A DNA stretch of 64,000 bases from Oceanispirochaeta sp. (GCA_963666275.2 CAXXOA010000002.1:608001-672000); one strand, 5' to 3'; numbered from the stretch's first letter, positions 29,822 through 39,732 are shown. Translations and numbers: made by a program. Notes: generated from the sequence alone by a model not told the origin.

Positions 29822-30784
29822 TTAATTATTCGCCTTATCTGCTGGCAGTTCAATGTAAAACAGGGTTCCCTTACTTTTTCTTTTTTGGCGAATCTGAATT
29901 TTCCCTTTATGTATTTGGAGAATTTCCCTGCACCAGTTGAGACCCAAGCCCAGGCCTTTGAGAGATAAATCGGGAAAAGTTTTTATCTGAACAAATTTTT
30001 TAAAAACGCGTTTTCTGAATTTGCGGGAGATACCGATTCCTTCATCCGAAAAAACCATAATGAACTTCTTCTTTTTATATCCTAAATATATTCTGATTTT
30101 CACCGGCGGAGAACCGAATTTTATTGAGTTATCAATCAGATTGCTTAAAACTGCCATAAAAGCGGAAGGATCAATTTTTATAAGGGATTTGGAATTTCCG
30201 ATTACAGCAATACTGTTGTCATCCAGGTTGAACCGGCTTTGAAGGACTTTGATCGCTGTTCTGATATATATATCCGCAGGAAGCAGTACCGGTGAGAAAA
30301 TGTCTTTTTTCTTATGGATTTTTGAGATTTCCAGAATGGATGCAATCATTTGATTCAGTCTTATTGTGTCGTTTTCCAAGCGGTTGAGAAAATCATAATA
30401 GGCACTGTCGGAAAGGTTCCTGTTTCCGAGTGTTTCACAAATCACCTGAATGGACGCAACAGGTGTCTTTAAGTCATGTGTAATGCTGAAAAAAAAATCA
30501 TCATAAATACGATTGATTTTTGTCTGTCTGATCAACTTATAAAACAGAATAACCGTTCCGGCAGAATTCAGAAAAATCAGAATGAGCCCGCAGAGGAAGA
30601 GAAAGGTTTTTAACGGAACAGTAAAAGTAGCGAAATTAATGACATGTTGCAGAGTCGGGTAGATTTCATCATCAGAGAAAAACAGCCGAACCCATAGCCC
30701 TATCAGTATCAGGAAGAAGATCTGTACCAGAACAAATAGAGTCACCGAAGTCTGAAGGCTGATTCTTTTTTTTGTTTTGCTCAT
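29822..30784 (-). CDS. Sensor histidine kinase
   Basis: 2 TMs, THDLKTP, NLIDNSIKF, DEGIGI, GLGLGL. Confidence 0.92.
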   Translation of the reverse strand: MSKTKKRISLQTSVTLFVLVQIFFLILIGLWVRLFFSDDEIYPTLQHVINFATFTVPLKTFLFLCGLILIFLNSAGTVILFYKLIRQTKINRIYDDFFFSITHDLKTPVASIQVICETLGNRNLSDSAYYDFLNRLENDTIRLNQMIASILEISKIHKKKDIFSPVLLPADIYIRTAIKVLQSRFNLDDNSIAVIGNSKSLIKIDPSAFMAVLSNLIDNSIKFGSPPVKIRIYLGYKKKKFIMVFSDEGIGISRKFRKRVFKKFVQIKTFPDLSLKGLGLGLNWCREILQIHKGKIQIRQKRKSKGTLFYIELPADKANN

Positions 30785-30870
30785 CTGACTTTTACACTTC
30801 TTTTACTTTACCAGTTATTCAGGCTGTTATGATTATAAATATAGTACATTTGTACTTGGGAGGTTTGATC

Positions 30871-32352
30871 ATGAAAATTCTCCTGGTGTATCCGGAAATC
30901 CCTCCGACATTTTGGAGCTTCAAATATGCCCTGAAATTTATTGGCAAAAAGGCCTCCGACCCTCCTTTGGGACTGCTGACTTTAGCATCCTTACTTCCTT
31001 CGGTGTGGGAGAAAAAACTGGTGGATCTGAATACCCGCAGGTTGTCTCAAAAAGATGTCGCCTGGGCGGATTTAGTTTTCATCAGTGGTATGGATATTCA
31101 GAAGAAGTCTTTTATTGAAGTGGTTAAAAGATGTAAGGGGGCGGGGAAATTTGTTGTGGCTGGTGGTCCAATGGTCACCCAGTATCCGGAAGGTTTTCCC
31201 GATGTAGACTGTTTTATTCTGAATGAAGCGGAAATTACGATGGAACCTTTTCTCCGGGATCTGGAATCAGAGCATTTGAAAAGGGTCTATAAGACAGGAG
31301 GTTTTGCGGATCTGTCACAAACTCCCAGTCCGGACTGGAGTCTTCTACATTTGAAGGATTATGCTTCAATGGATCTTCAGTATTCCCGAGGGTGTCCATT
31401 CAATTGCGAGTTCTGCAGCATTACAGCTCTCTTCGGGCATAAACCCCGTGTAAAGGCGACAGATCAGTTTCTGGATGAGATAACCTCCCTGTATGATGCT
31501 AAGTGGAGAGGTCCTGTCTTTATTGTGGATGACAATTTCATAGGGAATAAAAGGCGTCTGAAGAATGAAATGCTTCCGGATTTGATCTCTTGGCAGGAAG
31601 ATCACCACTATCCCTTTAGTTTTACAACAGAGGTCTCCATAAACCTCTCTGATGATGAGGAACTCATGGACATGATGAGGCAGGCCGGTTTCAGTACCTG
31701 TTTTGTCGGAATTGAATCTTCGGAAGAGGCCAGTCTGACTGAGTGTCATAAAACACAAAACCAGGGCAGGGATATGGTTCAAAGTGTGAAAACCATGCAG
31801 CGGAAGGGTTTTAATATTTCGGGAGGGTTCATCATAGGGTTTGATAACGATCCTGCTGATATTTTTGACAGACAGGCCAAGTTCATTCAGAACAGCGGGA
31901 TTGTCACCGCTATGGTAGGACTTCTGAATGCACCTTTGGGCACCCGTTTGTATAAAAGACTGAAAGAAGAAAACAGGATAATTTCTGGTATAACTGGAAA
32001 CAACACTGATGGAGTTTTGAATTTTATCCCGAAACTTCGTCCTGATATTCTGATCAATGGGTACCGGTCTCTCATGAAAAGAATCTACTCCCCAAAGTTG
32101 TTTTTCGAGAGGATCCGGGTTTTTCTTGAAGAGTACAGGGTTCCATACGAAACTATTAATATCAGTCCTTTTGCCGGCATCCGTTCATTTTTTCTGGTGC
32201 TTCTCAAACTTGGAGTCATGAAAAGGGACGGGAAGTTCTATTTCTGGAAATTATTCTGGTATACGCTGTTCAACTGTCCTGAAAAGCTGAGGATGGCCCT
32301 TACCTTTGCCGTATACGGCTATCATTTTCAGAGAGTGGCCGAATCGATCTGA
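30871..32352 (+). CDS. B12-binding radical SAM protein (DUF4070-type C-terminus)
   Basis: PPLGLLTLA, SRGCPFNCEFC; GGAGG RBS. Confidence 0.9.
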   Translation: MKILLVYPEIPPTFWSFKYALKFIGKKASDPPLGLLTLASLLPSVWEKKLVDLNTRRLSQKDVAWADLVFISGMDIQKKSFIEVVKRCKGAGKFVVAGGPMVTQYPEGFPDVDCFILNEAEITMEPFLRDLESEHLKRVYKTGGFADLSQTPSPDWSLLHLKDYASMDLQYSRGCPFNCEFCSITALFGHKPRVKATDQFLDEITSLYDAKWRGPVFIVDDNFIGNKRRLKNEMLPDLISWQEDHHYPFSFTTEVSINLSDDEELMDMMRQAGFSTCFVGIESSEEASLTECHKTQNQGRDMVQSVKTMQRKGFNISGGFIIGFDNDPADIFDRQAKFIQNSGIVTAMVGLLNAPLGTRLYKRLKEENRIISGITGNNTDGVLNFIPKLRPDILINGYRSLMKRIYSPKLFFERIRVFLEEYRVPYETINISPFAGIRSFFLVLLKLGVMKRDGKFYFWKLFWYTLFNCPEKLRMALTFAVYGYHFQRVAESI

Positions 32353-32411
32353 CGGAGAATTTCTGCAAAAGGTCTGAAAGGGATGAGAGATTTATCAATA
32401 GAGGTGTCAGT

Positions 32412-32660
32412 ATGAGTGAAAAAAAAGAAAATCGATTGAGGGAATTTCTAAGTGAAAAACCTGTCTGGGTCTGGCTGCTGGTATATCTTGCTCTGACAGG
32501 TATTTTATTCGGTCTTTTCAATTTGATTTTGTACCTGCTAGGTATTGTTCCTTGGATAGGAGTGATGGTATTGGTTGGTACCGGACTGTTGTGGGGAATG
32601 ATTCAGTATTCCCGATTCCATAAAAAGGGTCAGACTGAAGAAAACACTGAGATAACTTAG
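32412..32660 (+). CDS. Small two-TM hypothetical protein
   Basis: GAGGTG RBS, hydrophobic core. Confidence 0.6.
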   Translation: MSEKKENRLREFLSEKPVWVWLLVYLALTGILFGLFNLILYLLGIVPWIGVMVLVGTGLLWGMIQYSRFHKKGQTEENTEIT

Positions 32661-32705
32661 ATCTTTGCAAATTGATGACAAAGTGTTCTTTTAGAGAATA
32701 CATCT

Positions 32706-33033
32706 CTGACGCCAATACCGACGCCTTTATTATACAAACCTAGAAGCATTATATGGAAAACTTACTACATAACAGCTTCTTATGCGGTACGATACAGCCC
32801 TATACGTACTGCATAAGGACACTGTACAAGTTCAAGTCCTAGTGGGCCCACTTTAGCTCCTCTTTTTGAGGGGCTATTTTTTTGTCTAAACCCTTTCGGG
32901 GATAGGGGTTAAGCTGTATGAGGTAAAACGGCCGTCTGCTTCTGAAAGGGGACTGACGCCAGTATTGATGCCTTTTGGAAATTCTTCCGGTCCTGGAATG
33001 GTGAAGGATTTCGTTATTAATCAGGAAAAGTTT
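32706..33033 (+). repeat. Junction J2 (core at 32830, alternative terminator 32854-32883, right arm repeats 32953-32972)
   Basis: Left part matches J1; right part matches 15470-15620. Confidence 0.9.
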
Positions 33034-33328
33034 CAATATACCCAAGAGGATCATTTATACCGCAATAATCTCCGTCATTAAAACAAATCTCAGATAAAGT
33101 GCCATCTGCCGGAGATAAAACTTCAAAGATGATTTTTTCCACTTCTCCTTCGAAAAGAACATCTCTTTTCTTAACAGTATCGCCTTGTTTAGCAACTGGA
33201 TGGAGTATTGCAACTTTGAATTCCATATTGAGCTCTGTTTTTCGGCAATCACAAACTGATTCGTTTTGATTGACATAGAGGGGTAAGTAAATCGGAATGC
33301 GTTCTTTATCCATTATGATTCTCCTCAT
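33017..33328 (-). CDS. Stand-alone biotin/lipoyl-carrier-like domain protein
   Basis: KQGDTVKK..VLFEGEVEKIIFEVLSPADGTL..GD. Confidence 0.6.
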   Translation of the reverse strand: MRRIIMDKERIPIYLPLYVNQNESVCDCRKTELNMEFKVAILHPVAKQGDTVKKRDVLFEGEVEKIIFEVLSPADGTLSEICFNDGDYCGINDPLGYIETFPD

Positions 33329-33899
33329 AATAGGGACAGGCTGCCCTTAAACATTCATTGTTACGTTCGTGATTACTGCACTGAATATTACTTGAAAATT
33401 GAATGTCCAGTCCCAATTGTTCTCTGACGAATGGAAGCGTTTTCTCAATTGTCAGATAACTGACTCTTTTACAACATCGCGGTCCACCTGATTCAGAGAT
33501 AGATTCCAGGCAAATGCTTGTCAGTTTGTTTGCCATTCCCCATGTTTTAACAGATAAAGGAGTTGTATCAGTTAAAATCGCAAGAAATAATCCACCTCCG
33601 ATTCCGGCACCACATGCTCCATAATAGCCGCAAAAGCCCGGTAAAAGATTTCTTCCCCTCGTTTCAGCTATCTGTAGACTCTCTTCAAGTACTGCTCTTG
33701 AATCATTTCTTAGAGTTCTGTAAACAGTCAGGAGAACTGCAGGTACTAAGACGTGATGTTCCGGGCAATGCATTGGAAAATCCTGGCAATCCCAAATGGT
33801 CTGTATCAGCTCAATGGGATCTGTTAGATTCATATCGTATGCTTTCAAACAAATATCTTTAATTTTAGTAAATAATTTCTCATCTAATGTATACGCCAT
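33306..33899 (-). CDS. Cys-rich DUF5714-like protein
   Basis: MHCPEHH.LVP, CGYYGACGA, GGPRCCKR, C..CPY. Confidence 0.75.
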   Translation of the reverse strand: MAYTLDEKLFTKIKDICLKAYDMNLTDPIELIQTIWDCQDFPMHCPEHHVLVPAVLLTVYRTLRNDSRAVLEESLQIAETRGRNLLPGFCGYYGACGAGIGGGLFLAILTDTTPLSVKTWGMANKLTSICLESISESGGPRCCKRVSYLTIEKTLPFVREQLGLDIQFSSNIQCSNHERNNECLRAACPYYEENHNG

Positions 33900-34105
33900 G
33901 ATTTCACCTTTTCTGTTTTTTATTAAACACCAATAAAAGAATCTTATATTGTAATTCTTCTATGATTATTGTACATAAATCTCACCAGTCGCAGTTTGAT
34001 GAGGAATTTCAAACATCTTAGAATTCATTAAACATAAATAAGTATATGCCCATAATATATGTTAAACTTTCTTTATTAGATCAGAATAAAGGAGTCTCAT
34101 GGATT

Positions 34106-34774
34106 ATGAAAAAATATGTTTGTTCAATCTGTGGTTATATCTATGCTGAAGCATACGGGTATCCAGAAGGAAATATTTCACCTGGTACGAAATGGGCTGA
34201 TGTTCCATCCTCATTTGTTTGTCCCTTGTGTGGTGCTTCAAAGTCGGAGTTTAACGAACAGGAAGAGGAATCCTCTAAACCTGCTGATTCAACATCGGGA
34301 ACACTCTCTCTACCGGATGATATCAGCTATACCTCCGCAGAACTTTCTACCCTTTTTTCAAATTTGGCAAAAGGCTCTGAGAAACAATATAAACCTGAAA
34401 TGGCTGCCCTCTATAATGAGTTGGCATCTTATTACAGTCTGAAGTCAGATAAAGTCAATAATCCTGATTTCGAGACTGTAAAAACTCTGTTGCAAACAGA
34501 TTTATCATCACATTTTGCTTTAGCTAATGAAGTTGCCGGAAAGAATCATGATCGAGGGGCTCTGAGGGCTTTGAAATGGGGAGAACAGGTTTCCCGGATG
34601 ATCAATTCCCATCTAAATAAGGTTGAATCCGGTTCTGCTGATTTTCTAAAAGAGACAAACGTCTATGTCTGTGATATCTGCGGATTTATCTTTGTGGGCG
34701 ATGAGAAACCGGAAATCTGCCCGGTCTGTAAGGTTCCGAGCATGAAGATGACACAGGTCAGAAGGAGCGCTTGA
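34106..34774 (+). CDS. Rubredoxin-domain protein (two rubredoxin-like CxxC pairs)
   Basis: YVCSICGYIY..CPLCGA and YVCDICGF..CPVCK. Confidence 0.85.
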   Translation: MKKYVCSICGYIYAEAYGYPEGNISPGTKWADVPSSFVCPLCGASKSEFNEQEEESSKPADSTSGTLSLPDDISYTSAELSTLFSNLAKGSEKQYKPEMAALYNELASYYSLKSDKVNNPDFETVKTLLQTDLSSHFALANEVAGKNHDRGALRALKWGEQVSRMINSHLNKVESGSADFLKETNVYVCDICGFIFVGDEKPEICPVCKVPSMKMTQVRRSA

Positions 34775-34775
34775 T

Positions 34776-35771
34776 ATGTATGCAGTAAGAAATATCCGGT
34801 TATGTACAAAAGATTGTCTCTGCCTTTATGTTTGTCCTACAGGTGCAACAGATACAGAAACTGGTCAGATTGATGCAGAAACCTGTATAAGTGGATGCCG
34901 TTTGTGTGTGGATGCCTGTCCTTCTCATGCAATATCTCTAGTTCCCGAGGAATTCCCAAAGCAGCAAAGTAAGACAGATGATGTAAAGAAAGCATTGAAG
35001 ATTTTATCAGAGAGCAAAACAAAACAGGAAATTCTTGCTTTCTCACTGGAACAGCTATCGGACGATCCCCTGATTAAACAAATGTCTATGGCTATTGGAA
35101 TGTCCAATCGCATAATGGCTGAAGACTTACTCCGGGAAGCAGGTTTCATGCTTCCTCAAAGTGATGAAATAAAAGAGTTACTTATGAAGTTATCAGCTGA
35201 AAGTTCGGAGAATGATTTTCCAAAAGAAAAGGTGAAAAAACTTATAGATATTTTAAATACAAACATTAGAGAGGAGAAGAACATGTCCAAAACCACTGAC
35301 AATTTAATGGAAGCCTTTGCAGGAGAGTCCCAGGCAAACAGAAAGTATCTTGCCTTCGCCAAAAAAGCTGAGCAGGAAGGGCATTTGAATGCAGCAAAGC
35401 TGTTCAGAGCTGCTTCTGATGCCGAGACCATTCACGCTCTTAAGCATTTTGAAGTAACGGGTAAAATTGGTTCCACCCTGGAGAATCTGAAATCGGGAGT
35501 AGAGGGAGAAACCCACGAATACAAAGAAATGTATCCTCCCTTTGTAGAGCAGGCTGAGGCAGAAGGCAACAAAGCGGCAGTCAGAACCTTTACCTTTGCC
35601 ATGAAAGCGGAAGAGGTTCATGCCGGATTGTATCAAGAAGCCATGGATAATCTGGATAATCAGGAAGAGGTTTTCTATTATCTGTGTCCTGTTTGCGGAA
35701 ATATTGAAAAGTTTGTTCCGGGCAAATGCCCGATCTGCGGTGTTCCCGGGGAAAAATTCATCAAGTATTAG
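34776..35771 (+). CDS. 4Fe-4S ferredoxin-like domain in frame with rubrerythrin
   Basis: CTKDCLCLYVCP, CISGCRLCVDACP; then AFAGESQANRKY, ETIHA, EEVHA, CPVCG..CPICG. Confidence 0.88.
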   Translation: MYAVRNIRLCTKDCLCLYVCPTGATDTETGQIDAETCISGCRLCVDACPSHAISLVPEEFPKQQSKTDDVKKALKILSESKTKQEILAFSLEQLSDDPLIKQMSMAIGMSNRIMAEDLLREAGFMLPQSDEIKELLMKLSAESSENDFPKEKVKKLIDILNTNIREEKNMSKTTDNLMEAFAGESQANRKYLAFAKKAEQEGHLNAAKLFRAASDAETIHALKHFEVTGKIGSTLENLKSGVEGETHEYKEMYPPFVEQAEAEGNKAAVRTFTFAMKAEEVHAGLYQEAMDNLDNQEEVFYYLCPVCGNIEKFVPGKCPICGVPGEKFIKY

Positions 35772-35792
35772 ATCATTTTTAGTATTACAATA

Positions 35793-35818
35793 AGAAGCGT
35801 CCAAATGGGCGTTTCTTT
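35793..35818 (+). terminator. Putative terminator
   Basis: agaagcgtcca-aa-tgggcgtttct then T-rich. Confidence 0.5.
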
Positions 35819-35878
35819 GTTTATAAGTCGACTTTTAACAGATAAATAATATAAGAAAATCTAGAATCCTACTCGATC

Positions 35879-36140
35879 CCAACCAGTCCCATCATCGGAA
35901 CAGAATGTAGCAATCTTGCCAGATTAAACCGCCTGTTCACCAGACGAACGCATAATGAAATCCATGTTCATGTGGTGAATTGCACGTTCATGACGTGAAC
36001 GCCGGTGTTCACCTGGTGAACCGATATATATAGATATAAATAATCTTATAAATATAATACTACTATAGGAATTATCGATTCATATTTCTTGCAGAGAGAT
36101 TAAGGCTCTGCACTATCATCGGGACTAATTATGAAATCTT
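35879..36140 (+). repeat. Scaffold element copy A (four GTTCA-N5-TGAAC-like palindromes plus AT-rich tract)
   Basis: Near-identical at 42470-42735 and 63012-63165. Confidence 0.9.
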
Positions 36141-36222
36141 TCGCAATAATCAAATAGGCTTTATTTTGTTTTTCTTAAAACTAAGTCATGTTAAAATGAA
36201 ATGGTCTCAGACAAGGTGAAGA

Positions 36223-36948
36223 ATGGCTATATCAACAAAAACTAGAAGAAAGTTGTGGAGTTTCTCAGGACAGTTGTGTGCATGGTGCAAAAAGCCTCTG
36301 GTTCATGATATCTCAGATGATACTTTTTCTATTATAGGTGATGAGTGTCATATTCATTCTGGTCAGAAAGGTGGTCCAAGGTATGATTCATCATTCCCAC
36401 AGGAAAAGATTGATGGGTTTTCAAATCTAATTCTCTTATGTAAAGCTCATCACAAAATTGTTGATGACAATCCAGAAGTATATACAGCTGTCACTTTGAA
36501 AAAAATGAAAAAAGAACATGAGGAGTTTGTAAAAAAGAAATTAATCGTTAAAACAGAAGAACGTGCTAAATATCTTTCTAGGCTTACTTCAGGGGCAGAT
36601 ATACTAAATGTGATTTCGAATATTTTACAGTTTGGATTCTATACAGATGAACCTGAAAATCATGCGGAAACAGAATTGTTAAGCCGGTTCATTGAAACTG
36701 TTAATAATTATAGCGACATCTATTCGAGCATTGAATCAGGAAGACTAATCGAAGTCGGATATGGTTTGTCCCAAATGTTAAAGGAAGTTGAAGATGCTGG
36801 GTTTTGGGTCTTTGGAATTCGAGAAAATCAGACACCTCAATATCAGGGCATGGAAAATGAAAAGTGGCCTACAGGTATAATACAGATTTATAGATCTAAT
36901 AATCCATCAATAATTAGAGCTGACTCTGCATTTGAGGGATCTGATTAA
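36223..36948 (+). CDS. HNH endonuclease-domain protein
   Basis: CAWC..GDECHIHS..GPRYD..NLILLCKAHHKIVD. Confidence 0.85.
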   Translation: MAISTKTRRKLWSFSGQLCAWCKKPLVHDISDDTFSIIGDECHIHSGQKGGPRYDSSFPQEKIDGFSNLILLCKAHHKIVDDNPEVYTAVTLKKMKKEHEEFVKKKLIVKTEERAKYLSRLTSGADILNVISNILQFGFYTDEPENHAETELLSRFIETVNNYSDIYSSIESGRLIEVGYGLSQMLKEVEDAGFWVFGIRENQTPQYQGMENEKWPTGIIQIYRSNNPSIIRADSAFEGSD

Positions 36949-36981
36949 GACTATTAGATATTTATTTAATAGGAGAATATT

Positions 36982-37197
36982 GTGGAAGATTATAAAGGCT
37001 GCCGATATGATGTTCAGGTTTATGAGCTTAAGAACAACCAAGGGTATAGTGGGTCTGTTCGTGTTCTTTATGAATCGGGAGAAGGTCCTATAACACAGGA
37101 ACTCTTCACTCAGGAAAAAATAATTTCAACAGCTTTCAATGAAGTTCATACACGTCTTTCCAATATGGCAAAAGGTTGGATTGATAAAAACTTTTAG
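36982..37197 (+). CDS. Small hypothetical protein
   Basis: AGGAG RBS, GTG start, co-oriented between HNH and Shedu-like genes. Confidence 0.55.
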   Translation: MEDYKGCRYDVQVYELKNNQGYSGSVRVLYESGEGPITQELFTQEKIISTAFNEVHTRLSNMAKGWIDKNF

Positions 37198-37303
37198 TAC
37201 TATGATTTAATAGATATACAATAAAAGTTTAGGAGGAAAAGAGAATTGAATCTTCAATGATAATGAAGATATTTCTCAAATATGCACTTAATAAGGAGAA
37301 GTT

Positions 37304-38371
37304 TTGGCAGATACAATTGAAAAAAAACAGGCTAAATCTGGTAATGTCAGCTATGGTGATTCCGTTGTACTGTATGAATCATCCAAAAGTCGAATTGTAT
37401 TTGTTCCTTTTTTCATTCCTCATACTGATTCACAGGGGCTAGCAGGTAAAATAATTACTTATCGGAAAGAGAGAATAATGGGTTTGATTCCAATTGAAGA
37501 TAAGTCAATTTCATTAAATGAGACATCCTTAATAAAGCTATTGGAAGAGCTTAAATCCCATTATGCAGTAACAGAGAAAGGAGATGGCGAATACATAATT
37601 CTTAAAATTGGAGAAGGTATTACAGATAATCAGAATCATGCTCCTTCTCAAATTGCAGAGGCACTGACCAGTGCTTTATCTCAAAAGGATATTCTATCAT
37701 CCATAACCCCTTCATCAATATCTGATGAGATTGGCAGTGTTTTCAAAGGTGCGATAAAGATTAAGGAGATGGAGAAAGCCGTATCCAATCTAAGATTCTT
37801 GCTTGACTCTGGGGACACTAAGGAATCGACATATCAGCGATGGTGTGAAAACCATTCTTGGGCATTTGGAAATTCATACATATTGGATGAGGAAGATATT
37901 CGAACAATTAGCCCTCATGATCAGTTAGACATTTTGCTTTCAAATGTTATCGCTGGTTTTCGGGATGTAATAGAGTTGAAAAGACCGGATCTGGATATTT
38001 TGAGATATGATGATGCACATAGAAATTTTTATTTTTCATCAGAAGTCTCTAAAGCAATTGGTCAGTGCCATAGGTACCTGGATATACTTCAGGAATCAGC
38101 TCTTCGCGGTCTAAGAGATCATCCTGAGATTGTTGCTTATCATCCAAGAGCAATAATCGTAATTGGTCGATCAATGGATTGGACTGAAGAAATGCATCGG
38201 GGGTTGCATGGTCTAAATGCAAGATTGAATGGAATAAATATAATGACATATGATCATCTACTAGCTCAAGGAGAAAGATTATTATCTTTGTTTACAACAG
38301 GTTCAGATGATAGTGAGGTCGTTAATGTTGTTTCACCTGTTGAAGATGATGACCTAGATATCGGTTTTTAA
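37304..38371 (+). CDS. sduA: Shedu-like (DUF4263) anti-phage nuclease
   Basis: E..YQ.W..W.FG, DILL, IELKRP, SKAIGQ..RY, IVIGR, IMTYD.LL. Confidence 0.8.
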   Translation: MADTIEKKQAKSGNVSYGDSVVLYESSKSRIVFVPFFIPHTDSQGLAGKIITYRKERIMGLIPIEDKSISLNETSLIKLLEELKSHYAVTEKGDGEYIILKIGEGITDNQNHAPSQIAEALTSALSQKDILSSITPSSISDEIGSVFKGAIKIKEMEKAVSNLRFLLDSGDTKESTYQRWCENHSWAFGNSYILDEEDIRTISPHDQLDILLSNVIAGFRDVIELKRPDLDILRYDDAHRNFYFSSEVSKAIGQCHRYLDILQESALRGLRDHPEIVAYHPRAIIVIGRSMDWTEEMHRGLHGLNARLNGINIMTYDHLLAQGERLLSLFTTGSDDSEVVNVVSPVEDDDLDIGF

Positions 38372-38373
38372 CA

Positions 38374-39144
38374 ATGAGCATAGAGAAGAGTTTAGAACGG
38401 TATTCAAATTCTGCATATATTAGGGCTGTTGTTACGGCTATTCCATATATCGGAAGTGCATTAGATATTCTACTTTATGAGAAGGGAAGCAAATGGAGGC
38501 AAGAGAGATTTAATCAAATGATAGAAGCTCTATCTAATGAGATTGAAGAGCTTGGAATTGCTAGCGATGAAATTATCGAATCTCTTAATGCGAAAATAGA
38601 TTCAGAAGAGTTTTATGACCTATTCATTCAAGCCTCACAAAATGCAACAAAGGAAAAATCAGAAGAGAAAATAGCAACGATTTCACATATCTTAGCGGGT
38701 TATTCAAGTGGGGAAATAAATGAAGTTGATGAGGCTTCTCTTTTACTGGATTTGGTTTCTGAAATCTCTGCTTATTCATGTAAGTGGTTATCAAAGCTGT
38801 CACAGAACCAGATTCCAGATTATTATAAAATTAAAGGAAAATATGTAGTGTGGGAGGATTATGAGAAATTCTTGATAAGTAACTATCTAGATATAAGGAA
38901 AGAAAAGAGCATTCCGCCCGAATATACAATATCTGACTTGCAGATTTATTCTTTTCAACGATTAGAAGATCTTCATCTGATTAGAAAAACAGAGATAAAT
39001 ACTTATAGTGGTGGTAAGATCAGTTATATCCTGAAAAGACCTTCACAATCATCAACAATTCACTTTACATATGAGGAAAAGATTTCTTATCAAATTGATA
39101 GCCTTGGTCACTTATTCATTGAATGGATTAAAGATCAATTCTAA
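38374..39144 (+). CDS. Hypothetical protein (IPYIGS N-terminus, helical)
   Basis: 256 aa ORF starting 3 bp after the Shedu-like stop. Confidence 0.65.
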   Translation: MSIEKSLERYSNSAYIRAVVTAIPYIGSALDILLYEKGSKWRQERFNQMIEALSNEIEELGIASDEIIESLNAKIDSEEFYDLFIQASQNATKEKSEEKIATISHILAGYSSGEINEVDEASLLLDLVSEISAYSCKWLSKLSQNQIPDYYKIKGKYVVWEDYEKFLISNYLDIRKEKSIPPEYTISDLQIYSFQRLEDLHLIRKTEINTYSGGKISYILKRPSQSSTIHFTYEEKISYQIDSLGHLFIEWIKDQF

Positions 39145-39218
39145 AAGATTAATGATGTAATTCCCCCCGCTCCCAGAAAGCATAGTTAGTAATAAAATGC
39201 ACCAAAGGAGCGGAACCC

Positions 39219-39673
39219 ATGGGCCGTCATAAACTACCCTACAAAATGAAAAGCCAAACCAGCATCACAGGTTCTGGCGATACGTTTTGTCAAATGATCC
39301 ACACAGATCAGAAATATCCACCAAAACCAGAGTCAAATATGAAGCCGAGAGAATAGCCAAAGAGGCTTATCAGCTATCCATTCAGGAAGCAGATAAGGTC
39401 ATCTCATTTGCAGAATACAGCAAGGACTTCTTTACCGAGAAATGCAAACTGACTTTAAGAAGACAGGCTTCCAACAAACCGATATCACCGGAGATTCTGA
39501 AAGCCAAAAGAGGGCAGCTGCTGAACCATCTGCAACCTCAGTTTGGTTCTCTGCCTCTGAATGTGATTACCCAGGTGATGTATGAAGACTGGAGGATGCG
39601 AATAGGCCTTTGGCTTCTTAGCAAACACCGCATAAGAACTATTATGAAGTATGAAAACATTCCTTTTATGTAG
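39219..39673 (+). pseudogene. Truncated, frameshifted tyrosine integrase N-terminus
   Basis: Near-copy of 44012-44416 with a 1-bp deletion near 39250; no catalytic domain. Confidence 0.75.
39625..39652 (+). other. dif-like site (11-6-11)
   Basis: acaccgcataa-gaacta-ttatgaagtat. Confidence 0.55.
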
Positions 39674-39732
39674 TACAAGAAGTTAGGATCCTTTCTGTTG
39701 TTTTTACATCATAAAAGATGTATTCTATTCTT

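Larger units (their letters stand above)
24037..32850. mobile_element. tRNA-integrated unit 2 (signalling and radical SAM cargo)
   Basis: Bounded by tRNA 3' repeats at 24037 and 32830. Confidence 0.75.

Noticed and set aside
35935..36021. CRISPR array or LexA boxes in the GTTC/GAAC palindromes
   Set aside because: Repeats are 15 bp with 5-16 bp spacers that are conserved between copies and no cas genes are visible; spacing does not match GAAC-N4-GTTC or GTTC-N7-GTTC boxes
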